Shown here: positions 46,852-56,922 of the stretch, in pieces
Position numbering within the stretch: the first letter of the stretch is position 1
Layout of the letters: the number at the start of each line of letters is the position of its first letter
Source: Bacteroidia bacterium
GTDB lineage: Bacteria; Bacteroidota; Bacteroidia; SpSt-205
Reading direction: 5' to 3'
Assembly: GCA_026414975.1 (NCBI GenBank)
Contig: JAOAHZ010000009.1
Span: forward strand, 8,038-72,037
DNA: 64,000 nucleotides
The notes under the pieces: generated by a model
The model's input: only the letters and a program-made list of their open reading frames with translations
The model's database searches: none
What the model was told of the DNA's origin: nothing
Program-made: the position numbers and the translations under genes

Positions 46852-49800
46852 GTGCGACTACGAGCCTTAGAGCTGAGGGGATTCAAGAGCTTTGCGGAAA
46901 GGGTTAAGCTACCCTTAGATGCAAGACTCATTGGCATCGTAGGGCCGAATGGTTGTGGGAAGTCTAACATAGCCGATGCGCTTCGGTGGATCATGGGCGA
47001 GCAGAAAGGCAAGCTCTTGCGCATAGAAAAGGCAGATAACCTTATATTCAACGGCTCTCAGCATAGGAAGCCCCTTCCCTTCGCAGAGGTTACGCTGGAG
47101 ATAGAAGACTTCTCTCCGGAGCTTCCCCACTTGAGCTTCACACGGCGAGTCCATAGGAACGGGGAAAGTGAATACTTTCTCAACGGCACAGTCGCTCGGT
47201 TGAAAGATTTCTTCCAGTACTTCTGGCAAATCGGTTTGACGCCTCAAAGCATTTTAGATGGAGGGCAAGTCGAAGCTCTGATTCAGGACCGAGGGGGAGC
47301 TCGTCGCGCCCTAATAGAATCTCTCGCTGGGATTGAACGCTATCACCACTACAAAAAGGAGCTTCTCACCGAGCTAGAGAAAACCGAAGCCGCCCTATCT
47401 GAAATAGACCGCATCCTCGCTGAATTGCGCCAGCAGATACAGGCTTTTTCTGCTCAAGCCGAAAAGGTGGCCGAATACTACAAGCTCAAAGCAGCTTACC
47501 GAGACCTCCTCTCCGAGTGGATAGCTCAAGAACTCTCCAGCCTTAGCGAAGCAGAGAAAAATCTTACAAAAGAAGCCCAATCTCACCAAGCTGCGTTAGA
47601 AACCCTCAGAGAAGAGATAGAGCAGCTTGACGAGAGAGTCCGTTCTATGGAGAATAAAGAGGGACAGCTTGAGAGCCAGACTTTGGAGGGGGCCTATACG
47701 ACTCTACGCCATGAGCTGCAATCCATCCTCCAAGTAGAGGCCCGACTTCATGAGCGAATACGGCTTTTAGAGCAGCAAATCACCGAAGTAGCCGAGGAGA
47801 AGTGCCTGAGATTGCGACAAAAAACCGAATTGGTTCAAGAAGAGGAGAGTCTGCGTCATAAGAGGGAAGCCGCCGAGCAAATCCTACTTGAGAAACGAGA
47901 AGCCCTGAGCAAAGCTCTAGCCCGACTTCGGCAGGAAGAGCAAAGGGTAAATGAGATAGAAAGGGGCCTTCGTGAAAAATCCCATGACTATCGGCGAATG
48001 GAAACGTTACTCATGCAACTACAGCGTCAGAAAGCCGAAACGGAAGCAGCTCTACATCCTCTCCAAGAACGCCTTCGAGCCATAGACAAAGAACTTCAGG
48101 CCCTGAGAGAGCGCCGGTCCTACCTTTTGCATGAGAAAGAAAATCACCAGCTCCAGATTCATAGTCTGCAAGCCAAGCATCAGGAAGTACAGCAGACCTT
48201 GCGGGACTTAGTCACTCAGCGTGAAACGCTATTAGCTCAGCGCCAGAGCCTCTCTAAGCAGCTTCAAGATGTAGAAAACCGATTGCAAGCTCTCAAAGTA
48301 GAACGAGACACCTTAGAAGCCCTGTTAAACCGCAGCGACAGCTGGCCCAGCTACCTCAAACAGCTACGGGCATTAGGAGTAGATTTTTGGCGAACAGAAG
48401 ATATCTTCTTCGCTGAAGGAGAAGCTCTAAAGCGACTCGGGCTGCTCATGCGCCTTCTCCCCCCAACCCTCTGGGTGAAACATCAGGAAGAAGCGGAACG
48501 GATTCATACTTTCCTCTGCACTCAGAAAGAGGGATTCTTGGCCGTAAGGATGTATAAAAACCAGGAGGCAAGCCCTCATAGCGACTCAGATAAAGTACAA
48601 ACGCTGGAGGGATTTGAAGGACTGGAGTCATATTTGTGGAAGCAGATTTTAGGCGGTCATGAGCTGCCGACTTTTTCCCCAGATGGACCCGCTCTCATTT
48701 TACCCGATGGACGCATCTACTTTTTTTCCGACATACCGACCCAACACATCGGACTACCTCACCGGATTCGGCGCATTGAGATGGAAATGTCGGAATCCGA
48801 ACAAGCCTTAGTTGATTTACAAGCGGAAGTGCATAGGATTGATCAGGCAGTAGCTGGATTACCTATTGCTATCCATCAGCGTGAGAAAGAGACCCTGACT
48901 CAAGCGCTCCACACCGCTGAAAAAGCGCTCTCCATAACAGAGGCTCGGTTAGACGATGTAGAACAGCGTCGGTCCTCGCTGATTCGTGAACAAGAGCAGC
49001 TCATGATCAAGCAATCGGCTCTGCTGAAGAAGTTAGAAACCATAGAGCCTCAGCTGACAGAAGCCCAGACTCATTTCGCCGCTCTCAAGACAGAGACTCA
49101 ATCCATGGAGGCTCAACAAACGCAGCTTCGTCAGGCTCATGCAGGCCTACAAAAAGAAGCAGAAAGGCTGCGATTAGCCCTCATGGAGTCGGAAAATGAA
49201 CTGAAATCCACTGAGAATGCTTACAAGCTCATTCTCCGTCAGTTAGAAGAGGTGCAGAAACGCCTCGTTCTCTTAGGGGAGCGGGAAAAAATAACCGCCC
49301 AGCAGCTTGCCGAAGCCAAAGGCGAGTTAGAAACTTGCCGCCAGCGAAAGGCGGACCTTGAGCCTAAGCTAACTGAGCTTGCCCATAGGCTCTCCGCCCT
49401 CCGAAAAGCTCAGGAAGAACGCGAGCAAATCCTTACAGAGCTGCGACACCGCCTCGTAAGCAAACAGCGAGAGAAAGAGTCGCTTCAGAACACCATCTGG
49501 CGCTTACAAAATCGCCTCACAGAAATCACTCAGCGACGCCATTTACTTATCCAGCGGCTTACCGTAGAGGTAGAGCTGCAGCCTGAAGAGCTCCCTCCTC
49601 CTCCACCCCGTCGCCTCAAATCCGAAGAGGTAGAATCCCGCCTCAATCTTCTCAAAGAGAAGATGTATAGCTTAGGGGAGCTGAACTTCGAGGCTGCTGC
49701 AGCCCTAGAAGCTCTAAAACAACGAGAAGCTGATATCCTGCGAGAAAAAACAGATATAGCTCAAACCTTGACTCGTCTGCGGTCATTCCTCATAGAGTTA

Positions 49801-50295
49801 GACAAAGAGGCTCGAGAAAAGTTTTTAACTGCATTAGAGGCGGTGCGTGGGCAGTTCACCCAGCTTTTTCAGACCTTCTTTTCGGAAGGGGATACCTGTG
49901 ATATCGTACTGCTGCAGCCCGAGTCCCCCCTAACAAGCGATATTGATATCATAGCTCGTCCCAAAGGCAAGCGCCCTCTTTCTCTTCAGCAGCTTTCGGG
50001 AGGAGAGAAAGCCCTTGTCGCCTTAGCCCTTCTCTTTTCAGCTTTTGCTGTGCGCCCTTCCGCTATTTGCGTGTTAGATGAAGTAGACGCTCCCTTGGAT
50101 GACGTAAATGCTCATAAGTTTGGTCAGCTCATACGAAAAATGTCGGCTGAGACTCCTCTTATGGTGATTACCCACAATAAGATCACGATGTCTTATTGCG
50201 AACGATTGTATGGGGTAACGATGCCCGAAGCTGGTGTCAGCACTGTGTTAGCTGTAGAAATGGAACGGGCTTCAGCCCTTGCCCAGGCTGTATGA
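46852..50295 (+). CDS. smc: Chromosome segregation protein SMC
   Basis: 'LRGFKSFAERVKL...GIVGPNGCGKSNIADALRWIMGEQ', long coiled coils, and a C-terminal 'LSGGEKALVALALLFSAF...LDEVDAPLDD'. GTG start. Confidence 0.9.
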   Translation: MRLRALELRGFKSFAERVKLPLDARLIGIVGPNGCGKSNIADALRWIMGEQKGKLLRIEKADNLIFNGSQHRKPLPFAEVTLEIEDFSPELPHLSFTRRVHRNGESEYFLNGTVARLKDFFQYFWQIGLTPQSILDGGQVEALIQDRGGARRALIESLAGIERYHHYKKELLTELEKTEAALSEIDRILAELRQQIQAFSAQAEKVAEYYKLKAAYRDLLSEWIAQELSSLSEAEKNLTKEAQSHQAALETLREEIEQLDERVRSMENKEGQLESQTLEGAYTTLRHELQSILQVEARLHERIRLLEQQITEVAEEKCLRLRQKTELVQEEESLRHKREAAEQILLEKREALSKALARLRQEEQRVNEIERGLREKSHDYRRMETLLMQLQRQKAETEAALHPLQERLRAIDKELQALRERRSYLLHEKENHQLQIHSLQAKHQEVQQTLRDLVTQRETLLAQRQSLSKQLQDVENRLQALKVERDTLEALLNRSDSWPSYLKQLRALGVDFWRTEDIFFAEGEALKRLGLLMRLLPPTLWVKHQEEAERIHTFLCTQKEGFLAVRMYKNQEASPHSDSDKVQTLEGFEGLESYLWKQILGGHELPTFSPDGPALILPDGRIYFFSDIPTQHIGLPHRIRRIEMEMSESEQALVDLQAEVHRIDQAVAGLPIAIHQREKETLTQALHTAEKALSITEARLDDVEQRRSSLIREQEQLMIKQSALLKKLETIEPQLTEAQTHFAALKTETQSMEAQQTQLRQAHAGLQKEAERLRLALMESENELKSTENAYKLILRQLEEVQKRLVLLGEREKITAQQLAEAKGELETCRQRKADLEPKLTELAHRLSALRKAQEEREQILTELRHRLVSKQREKESLQNTIWRLQNRLTEITQRRHLLIQRLTVEVELQPEELPPPPPRRLKSEEVESRLNLLKEKMYSLGELNFEAAAALEALKQREADILREKTDIAQTLTRLRSFLIELDKEAREKFLTALEAVRGQFTQLFQTFFSEGDTCDIVLLQPESPLTSDIDIIARPKGKRPLSLQQLSGGEKALVALALLFSAFAVRPSAICVLDEVDAPLDDVNAHKFGQLIRKMSAETPLMVITHNKITMSYCERLYGVTMPEAGVSTVLAVEMERASALAQAV

Positions 50296-50350
50296 CGCAG
50301 GAGCCCTTGTACCTATAACCCTAAATGCTCCAAAGCCCTCTGATACTTGC

Positions 50351-51352
50351 TCAGTTCAAGGGTAGTCGCTTATCCATCACCCGCCGCCAAATAGGTGGAA
50401 TAAGGGCGAGGTAAATCATCCCAGCATACCCTGTAGGCAGGCGCGGTGCCTTATCCAAGGCGTTGAGGGTATGATACGATTTAGAGCCATGCAGATGGTG
50501 GTCCGAATGGCGCGACAGATCCACCAGAAAGAACCGACTGAAATACTTATTACTTTCCCAAGAGTGCCACGGGCGAATCGGCTCATCCACTTTGCGAGCG
50601 AGCCCATAGTGTTCTATGTAGTTCACATACTCCAGCAGAAAGTTAGCAACGACCGCTTGCAGGGCAAAAGCGAGTAGACCCCATACTCCCCCCGACAGAG
50701 TGAACACTAGAGCAGTTACGACTAAAATAGTAGCCTCCTGTAGCATATAGTTGCGCAGGCTGAATGGAGAGAGGCCAAGCCGACGAAGTCGATCCACTTC
50801 GGCGCGCCAGGCCCATTTTAGCTGTCCCTTTAGGGTACGCCAGAGGAAGCTGTAAAAACTTTCCCCTCGCTTAGCTGAGCTGTAATCTAGCTCTGTCCCA
50901 ACATACCGATGGTGCATCCGCACATGCGTAACGTAAAAGTAGATATTGCCGGCAACTCCTAAGAGCAGCTTAGCACCCCCTTGCCAGAAGCGTCCTTTCC
51001 GATGTAACATCTCGTGAGCGATGACAATGCCCGAAGCTCCCGCATTGAATCCGACGGCCAACGCGCTTACAAGTGCCTCCCAAGGCGCATACCGACCTTG
51101 AATAAAGCCTATCACCCAATACCCTAAAAGCCCCATATGAGCCAAGAGATGCACCACCAAAATCAGCGAGGGGAGGTTTTCGTCCTCGGAGTGGCGATTG
51201 TCTGTGTATTCAGGGAGTAAAAGCTCTATGAGAGCCATTATCCCGAATACTATACCCCAAGGCATGAGACCCCACCATCCCCCCTGAATCACCGCCACAT
51301 AAGCCATGGCAGGGAGAGCCAAGCTAATCGTGTATTGCAGATTACGATACAT
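50351..51352 (-). CDS. alkB: AlkB-like integral-membrane alkane 1-monooxygenase / fatty-acid desaturase family protein
   Basis: His boxes 'HEMLHRK', 'HVRMHH', 'RHSDHH', plus the AlkB 'NYIEHYGL' motif. Confidence 0.7.
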   Translation of the reverse strand: MYRNLQYTISLALPAMAYVAVIQGGWWGLMPWGIVFGIMALIELLLPEYTDNRHSEDENLPSLILVVHLLAHMGLLGYWVIGFIQGRYAPWEALVSALAVGFNAGASGIVIAHEMLHRKGRFWQGGAKLLLGVAGNIYFYVTHVRMHHRYVGTELDYSSAKRGESFYSFLWRTLKGQLKWAWRAEVDRLRRLGLSPFSLRNYMLQEATILVVTALVFTLSGGVWGLLAFALQAVVANFLLEYVNYIEHYGLARKVDEPIRPWHSWESNKYFSRFFLVDLSRHSDHHLHGSKSYHTLNALDKAPRLPTGYAGMIYLALIPPIWRRVMDKRLPLN

Positions 51353-51799
51353 AGGGCTCTGGAGATATGTTAGATGCGCTCACTCCCCAGATTTCAAATC
51401 CTATACGATAGCCATCTGCAGGTGTCCTCGGCCGAGTGGGCTGGATTAGGCTCAGAGCAGCTTGTGCTTCTATCAGCAGGAAGCCTACTCTGCTCCTTAT
51501 GGCTAAGCTGTAGCCTCCCAATGATGCAGCAGGAATGGCGCAACTCAAGCCACCACTCTGACCTAAAAGCAGCCCACATAGACTTACGACTATTCCACTC
51601 TTCATACCTCATGCTAAGATAAGGACTTTTTCGCTCGCCTCCAAAGTCATCTCCCTTGGTAGGCCTCAAAGAATGCCGACTACTCACGATAGGAATGAAA
51701 GAGAAGGCTTCCTTTTATGGAAAGGTTGAACCCCTAATCACTTTCGCGGCAACGCCGCTCCCTGATGCCTCCTCTCAGTTTTCTCTTATCTTTGCCTCT

Positions 51800-53104
51800 A
51801 TGGTAGACCCCATTTTTGGCTGGATAGAAGCGGAGCGTCGCCGTCAAGAAGAAGGGTTAGAGCTTATCGCTTCTGAAAACTACGCCAGTCCTGCTGTCCT
51901 TCAAGCGCTGGGTTCGGTCTTGAATAACAAATACGCTGAGGGACTGCCGGGACGCCGTTATTACGGCGGGTGCGAGTATGTAGATGAAGTAGAGCGCTTA
52001 GCTCAAGAGCGACTCAAGCTGCTCTTTGGAGCTGAATGGGTCAATGTTCAGCCACACTCTGGCGCTCAAGCGAACGCTGCGGTACTCTTGGCTTTGCTCA
52101 AACCTGGCGAGAAGCTACTCAGCTTTGAACTTGCTCATGGGGGGCACCTCACGCACGGCAGTCCCCTCAACTCGTCTGGAAAACTTTACACCGTCCAGCA
52201 TTACGGTGTGCGAGCTGATGTTTGCCTCTTAGATTACGACCAGATTCGCGATAAGGCCCGAGCCTTCCGACCTAAAGTCCTTATGGCGGGAGCCAGCAGC
52301 TACCCTCGCGATTGGGACTGGAAATGCTTGCGCGAAATAGCCGACGAAGTTGGAGCCATACTCGTAGCCGACATAGCCCACCCCGCAGGCCTTATCGCCG
52401 CTAAGCTCCTCAACGATCCTCTGCCTCACTGCCATATCGTAACCAGTACGACTCACAAAACGCTCAGAGGACCCCGAGGAGGCGTGATTATGATGGGAAG
52501 GGATTTTGAGAATCCGCTGGGTGAAAAAACACTCAAAGGCCACCTCAAGAAGATGAGTGCTCTTTTGGACAGTGCGCTTTTCCCCGGGATACAAGGCGGC
52601 CCCCATATGCATGCCATCGCAGCTAAAGCTGTGGCATTCGGAGAAGCCCTCCAGCCAGAATTTCGCAGTTACGCACGCCAAATCGTGCGAAATGCCCAGG
52701 TTCTATCTCAAGCCCTCATGGAGCGAGGGTATACCGTACTCACCGGGGGCACAGATAACCACATCGTCCTAGTAGACTTGCGTAACAAAGGGATTACTGG
52801 ACGCGAAGCCGAGGAAGGATTAGAAAAAGCGGGCATCACCGTCAACAAGAACCTTATCCCATATGACCCTCAGCCACCCCTTGTCGCCAGTGGTATTCGC
52901 TTAGGGACACCAGCCCTGACTACGCGGGGCTTCACTGAATCGGAGTTCAGGCAAGTAGCAGCCTGGATAGATGCAGCCCTCATGAGTCTTTCGGACCCCG
53001 AGAAGTTGAAGCGCATCCGAATGGAGATTCGGGCATTTCTACAGGCTTATCCTTTGCCCTACGCTGCTGCACCGATACCCGTACCTGACGAAGTTTCCGC
53101 CTAA
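51800..53104 (+). CDS. glyA: Serine hydroxymethyltransferase
   Basis: '[30 protein letters not shown]', and the PLP-Lys region '[12 protein letters not shown]'. The start was chosen at M49 of the track ORF, which matches the canonical SHMT N-terminus. Confidence 0.9.
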   Translation: MVDPIFGWIEAERRRQEEGLELIASENYASPAVLQALGSVLNNKYAEGLPGRRYYGGCEYVDEVERLAQERLKLLFGAEWVNVQPHSGAQANAAVLLALLKPGEKLLSFELAHGGHLTHGSPLNSSGKLYTVQHYGVRADVCLLDYDQIRDKARAFRPKVLMAGASSYPRDWDWKCLREIADEVGAILVADIAHPAGLIAAKLLNDPLPHCHIVTSTTHKTLRGPRGGVIMMGRDFENPLGEKTLKGHLKKMSALLDSALFPGIQGGPHMHAIAAKAVAFGEALQPEFRSYARQIVRNAQVLSQALMERGYTVLTGGTDNHIVLVDLRNKGITGREAEEGLEKAGITVNKNLIPYDPQPPLVASGIRLGTPALTTRGFTESEFRQVAAWIDAALMSLSDPEKLKRIRMEIRAFLQAYPLPYAAAPIPVPDEVSA

Positions 53105-55379
53105 AGGTCCCTTCATCAGCTTGCCTAAAGGTAACAAGTAGAGCAGGTAGGAGAAAGATATTAGAAAAAAAGCCCATAGCCAGCGAAATAGCAGTCAGTA
53201 TTCCCAAAGCTCGCGTTCCCCCGAAAGATGAAAACGCAAATATCCCGAAGCCCATTAGCAAAACAAACGAAGTATAGGCTATCAAAGCTCCCGTATGATG
53301 GATACTTACGACCGCCGCTCGAGCTGGAATCGGATGCCGCCGATAGTACCACTGATACGAGCTCAGAAAGTGTATGGCACTATCCACGACAATTCCGAAC
53401 GCCATCTCATAGATCAGAGCCGTTGAAGGCTTAATAGGCATGTCTATATACCCCATGAGCCCTGCAACTAAAAAGAGAGGCAAAACATTAGCAGCCATGC
53501 TGATAAACATAATCCTTAGCGAGCCATAGAGCAAAAACATTTGAACGGCAACCAATACAAAAGTCGCCAGCAAACTCCAGATTAGATTATCTATGAGGTA
53601 GTCAATTGCCTTGAGGAAAATCAGCGTTGTGCCGGTTACATGCACGCGGCCAAGCTCCTCTTGAAAGGTGGCTTGAATATCCTTCTCGATCTCCCGCAAA
53701 AGGCGGGGCATGTCTGCCGAACCGATGTCTTTGACAAATGTGGTGATGCGTGTGCGCTGATAAGCCGTATCCACGAGGGCACCGATGAGGAAGAAATCTT
53801 GCGCCTGGTTGCGCAGAGCCCGTAGGAGTACGGGTAGCTCTTCAGGTTGGGGAATAGCGTAGGCTTGGGGAGCTCCTCCCCAAAACGCTTGTCGTCCAGC
53901 CTTGAGCAGATCGGCTATGCTCAAGCTGCGGGCTAACTCGGGGTATTTAGCTAAGCTATCTTGCAGAGCAGAAAGAGCCCGTAAAACTCGAAGGCGCCGT
54001 AATCCTTGGGGCTGCTTGGCTTCGATGACTATCTCAAATGGCATCGTCCCCCCATATCGCTCCTCAAAAAAAGCTTGATCCCGAACAAACTGAGCTTCGG
54101 AGGGAAGATCATCAGCCATGTAAGAAACTGCCCTGAGGCGAACAACGCCCGCCGCCCCAGCCACTAAAAGAACGCCCGTAATCCCATATATCCAGAGCCG
54201 ACGCTGCTCTACTTGGTTGCCGGCCCAGCGCATTACCTGAATGACCCACCGATTCGTAAGGTGACGCAAATGCCGCTCCTTCGGTTCGGGCAATAACATG
54301 AAAAACGACGGCAGCAGCAGAATAGTCAGAAAATAAGTTACCATCGTGCCCCAAAACGCCACTAACCCGAACTCTTGGAGGGTTACCACATTCGTGAGAT
54401 AGAGCGTGAGAAACCCGAAGGCCGTATTAGCATGGATCATGAAGGTTACAAGACCGAGCTGACGCAGCATCTCCTGGATGGCGGCTACTTTATGACCCTT
54501 TGCCACATAGAGCCGATGGTAATCCGAGAGCATGTAGATGCTGGGAGGAATCCCCAGAATAATAATCACGGGGGGAAGTAGTGCCGTGAGAAGGGTAAGT
54601 TTGAAACCGTATAGCCCGATGATACCCACCGTCCATAGCGAGGCTAATCCCAATAATATCACCGGAAAAACCGCCGCATACCACGAACGGAAATACACCA
54701 GCAAGGCCAGTACGGTAAGCAGGAGGGAAGCCCCCGTAAAAAGCCAAAGTTCGTGAGGTAGTAACTGCGCCACATAGTGGCGGAGGTAAGGCACTCCAGC
54801 AAAATACACTTCTACCTGTTGGGAAGCCGCCCAATGGCGACTGAGGGTTTCTATGGTCTCTATGAGAGCGTGTTTAGCGCGAGTATGGAGAGAGAGGGAG
54901 TCTATCTGAATGAGCAGCACAGTGCTCCACCCAGCGGTATCCCAGAGAAAGCGCTGATAAAGGGGGTTTTGGTGGCGTAGAATAGCCCAGCTTGAAGAGT
55001 CAGAGGGAAGCGGCAGCGGCTCCATTTCAAATCGCTCGCCTGTCCAGCGGGGCCGAACAGCCGTAGGTAGACCCAAAACCCGTTGAACACCCTTCAGCTG
55101 GGCAAGCTTATCGCTGAGCTCCTTGAGCCCCCGCCAGAAATCTCCCGGCGGCTGGACAGGCACACCGAAAGCTACAACTACCGTCGCCGCATCTTCTCCA
55201 AACTCTCGCTGGAAAGCCCGATAAGCCAAAAAATCCGGATCGTCCTCAGGCACGACCTTGATGAAATCCTGAGTGATCTCTGCCTTTTGGGCGTGCCACG
55301 CCATGAAAGCCGAGCCCAAGGCTACGAGGGCAAGCCACACATAACGCCCACGCAAAAGGAAAGCGGGCCAATCCTTCAT
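52980..55379 (-). CDS. MMPL/RND-superfamily membrane transporter (799 aa)
   Basis: Two 6-TM bundles, each preceded by a large extracytoplasmic loop; typical MMPL layout. It overlaps the upstream oxidoreductase by 4 nt. Confidence 0.7.
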   Translation of the reverse strand: MKDWPAFLLRGRYVWLALVALGSAFMAWHAQKAEITQDFIKVVPEDDPDFLAYRAFQREFGEDAATVVVAFGVPVQPPGDFWRGLKELSDKLAQLKGVQRVLGLPTAVRPRWTGERFEMEPLPLPSDSSSWAILRHQNPLYQRFLWDTAGWSTVLLIQIDSLSLHTRAKHALIETIETLSRHWAASQQVEVYFAGVPYLRHYVAQLLPHELWLFTGASLLLTVLALLVYFRSWYAAVFPVILLGLASLWTVGIIGLYGFKLTLLTALLPPVIIILGIPPSIYMLSDYHRLYVAKGHKVAAIQEMLRQLGLVTFMIHANTAFGFLTLYLTNVVTLQEFGLVAFWGTMVTYFLTILLLPSFFMLLPEPKERHLRHLTNRWVIQVMRWAGNQVEQRRLWIYGITGVLLVAGAAGVVRLRAVSYMADDLPSEAQFVRDQAFFEERYGGTMPFEIVIEAKQPQGLRRLRVLRALSALQDSLAKYPELARSLSIADLLKAGRQAFWGGAPQAYAIPQPEELPVLLRALRNQAQDFFLIGALVDTAYQRTRITTFVKDIGSADMPRLLREIEKDIQATFQEELGRVHVTGTTLIFLKAIDYLIDNLIWSLLATFVLVAVQMFLLYGSLRIMFISMAANVLPLFLVAGLMGYIDMPIKPSTALIYEMAFGIVVDSAIHFLSSYQWYYRRHPIPARAAVVSIHHTGALIAYTSFVLLMGFGIFAFSSFGGTRALGILTAISLAMGFFSNIFLLPALLVTFRQADEGTFRRKLRQVRVSVQQRRAKDKPVEMPESPFGCASTSRGPKDS

Positions 55380-56803
55380 TCCATGTGTAGCTCAGGTTTG
55401 AATATAGCTTCACCGAGCAAAGCTCGCGCACACTCTTGTATGCCTTCGGTCAAAGAGGGATGGGGCTGTAAAATCGTACATAAATCGCTCACTCGGCGAG
55501 AAAATCTAATCATCATCGCAATCAAACCAATGATGGAGGAAGCCTGAGGCCCAACGGCCCTGCAGCCTAAGATATAGGGGTCTGGCTCGTCTGTGGTTAT
55601 GAGCTTGAAGAAGCTGCGGCGCGTACGCATAGCGATGCCCCGAGCTGTGAGGTCATAATTATACCGAACGACGCGATATGCATATCCTTGAGCCCGAGCA
55701 CTCTGTTCATTGAGACCGATGCCTGCTACCTCTGGCCGCAAAAACATAATCCAAGAGAGATGGTCATACTCTAAAGGTCGCTTCACACGGCCAAACATCC
55801 GCTCAACGGCATACCGAGCTTCCTGCTCAGCTACATTCACGAAGCCGGCCCGCTGGGTATCTAAATCCCCCGCCACAAAAATATGGGGCACGCTGGTCTG
55901 AGTACTTTGGCTCACTACATGCCCAAATGAGTCTAACTTGACTCCGACTCGCTCCAAGCCTAAATCTTCTGAATTGGGCACCCGACCGATCGCTATAAGC
56001 ACATGGGACGCTGTTTCTCTGTGACATTTACCGTCGGCTGTCTCTATCTCATATTCAATGGCTGACTCTACCCTTCGCAACCCTTTGAGTTGAGACCGAG
56101 TGAAGAAGCGAACATTACACTCCGACAAGTTCTGCATAACAACGGCTGAAATATCGGCGTCTTCGTAAGGCAGGATACGATCGGCTTTCTCCACCATCGT
56201 AACGCGCACTTTAGGAAAGGTAGAAAAAATAGTGGCAAACTCGCAGCCGATTACACCTGAACCAACGATAAGCAAATCGGATGGAAACGCCTCTAAGTTA
56301 TCAATATGATCGCTCGTGAAAACCCGCTGCCCATCCAAGGGAAAGTCTGGAAGGGTACGCGGACGACTCCCCGTTGCCAAGAGGAAGTAATCAGCCTCCG
56401 CCACAAACGGGGAACCTTCTCTTGGATGAACCTCCAGCCGATGAGCATCTATAAACCGACCGGTTCCATACACCAACTCTAAAAGCCCCAAGCGCTGGTA
56501 ATGGGCAATCTGCCTTAGCATTTGCTGGCGGCGCTCCTCTACAGCTTGATCCACGATACGCTGAAAGTCAGTGAAAGAAAAGCTGAATTCCTTGACCTGA
56601 TATCCCCGATCCGTGAGGAAAAGTTTATCAAAGTCTTTCGCCAGCTCCCACCAAGTCTTAGAAGAGAGAGCACCTGAGGAAAGAGCTGCCCCCCCAACAC
56701 GCTCTTTCTCTATAAGGAGAGCTCGCTTACCAAAGTCCATCGCTCGCATGGCCCCTGCAAACCCCGCCGCTCCCCCTCCTAAAATAATCAGATCATATCT
56801 CAT
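55376..56803 (-). CDS. Class-I pyridine-nucleotide-disulfide-oxidoreductase-fold flavoprotein (dihydrolipoamide-dehydrogenase-like) that lacks the redox-active cysteine pair
   Basis: FAD-binding 'DLIILGGGAAGFAGA', an NAD-binding 'LLIVGSGVIGCEF', and a C-terminal dimerisation domain with 'HPSLTEG'. The segment aligned to the 'GGTCLNVGCIPSK' disulfide motif reads 'GGAALSSGALSSK'. Confidence 0.75.
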   Translation of the reverse strand: MRYDLIILGGGAAGFAGAMRAMDFGKRALLIEKERVGGAALSSGALSSKTWWELAKDFDKLFLTDRGYQVKEFSFSFTDFQRIVDQAVEERRQQMLRQIAHYQRLGLLELVYGTGRFIDAHRLEVHPREGSPFVAEADYFLLATGSRPRTLPDFPLDGQRVFTSDHIDNLEAFPSDLLIVGSGVIGCEFATIFSTFPKVRVTMVEKADRILPYEDADISAVVMQNLSECNVRFFTRSQLKGLRRVESAIEYEIETADGKCHRETASHVLIAIGRVPNSEDLGLERVGVKLDSFGHVVSQSTQTSVPHIFVAGDLDTQRAGFVNVAEQEARYAVERMFGRVKRPLEYDHLSWIMFLRPEVAGIGLNEQSARAQGYAYRVVRYNYDLTARGIAMRTRRSFFKLITTDEPDPYILGCRAVGPQASSIIGLIAMMIRFSRRVSDLCTILQPHPSLTEGIQECARALLGEAIFKPELHME

Positions 56804-56922
56804 ATAAGCCGAAGGTACAGAAACCGGGTAGCTGCTCGGGAAGGCAGCGCAGCCTCGGTGTATTCATGTCAGGGCTTTGGTCTGAGAAGCCCATGAGCCG
56901 AAAGAGCCCGCTCAATAAGGCA

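Noticed and set aside
51353-51799. ZTP (pfl), glycine, cobalamin or TPP riboswitch upstream of glyA
   Set aside because: I looked for their invariant cores (UGACUGGCG / CCGCCUGGGCA; ACCGAAGG; GCCACUG; CUGAGA…) and found none. The region stays flagged only as an unexplained long spacer.
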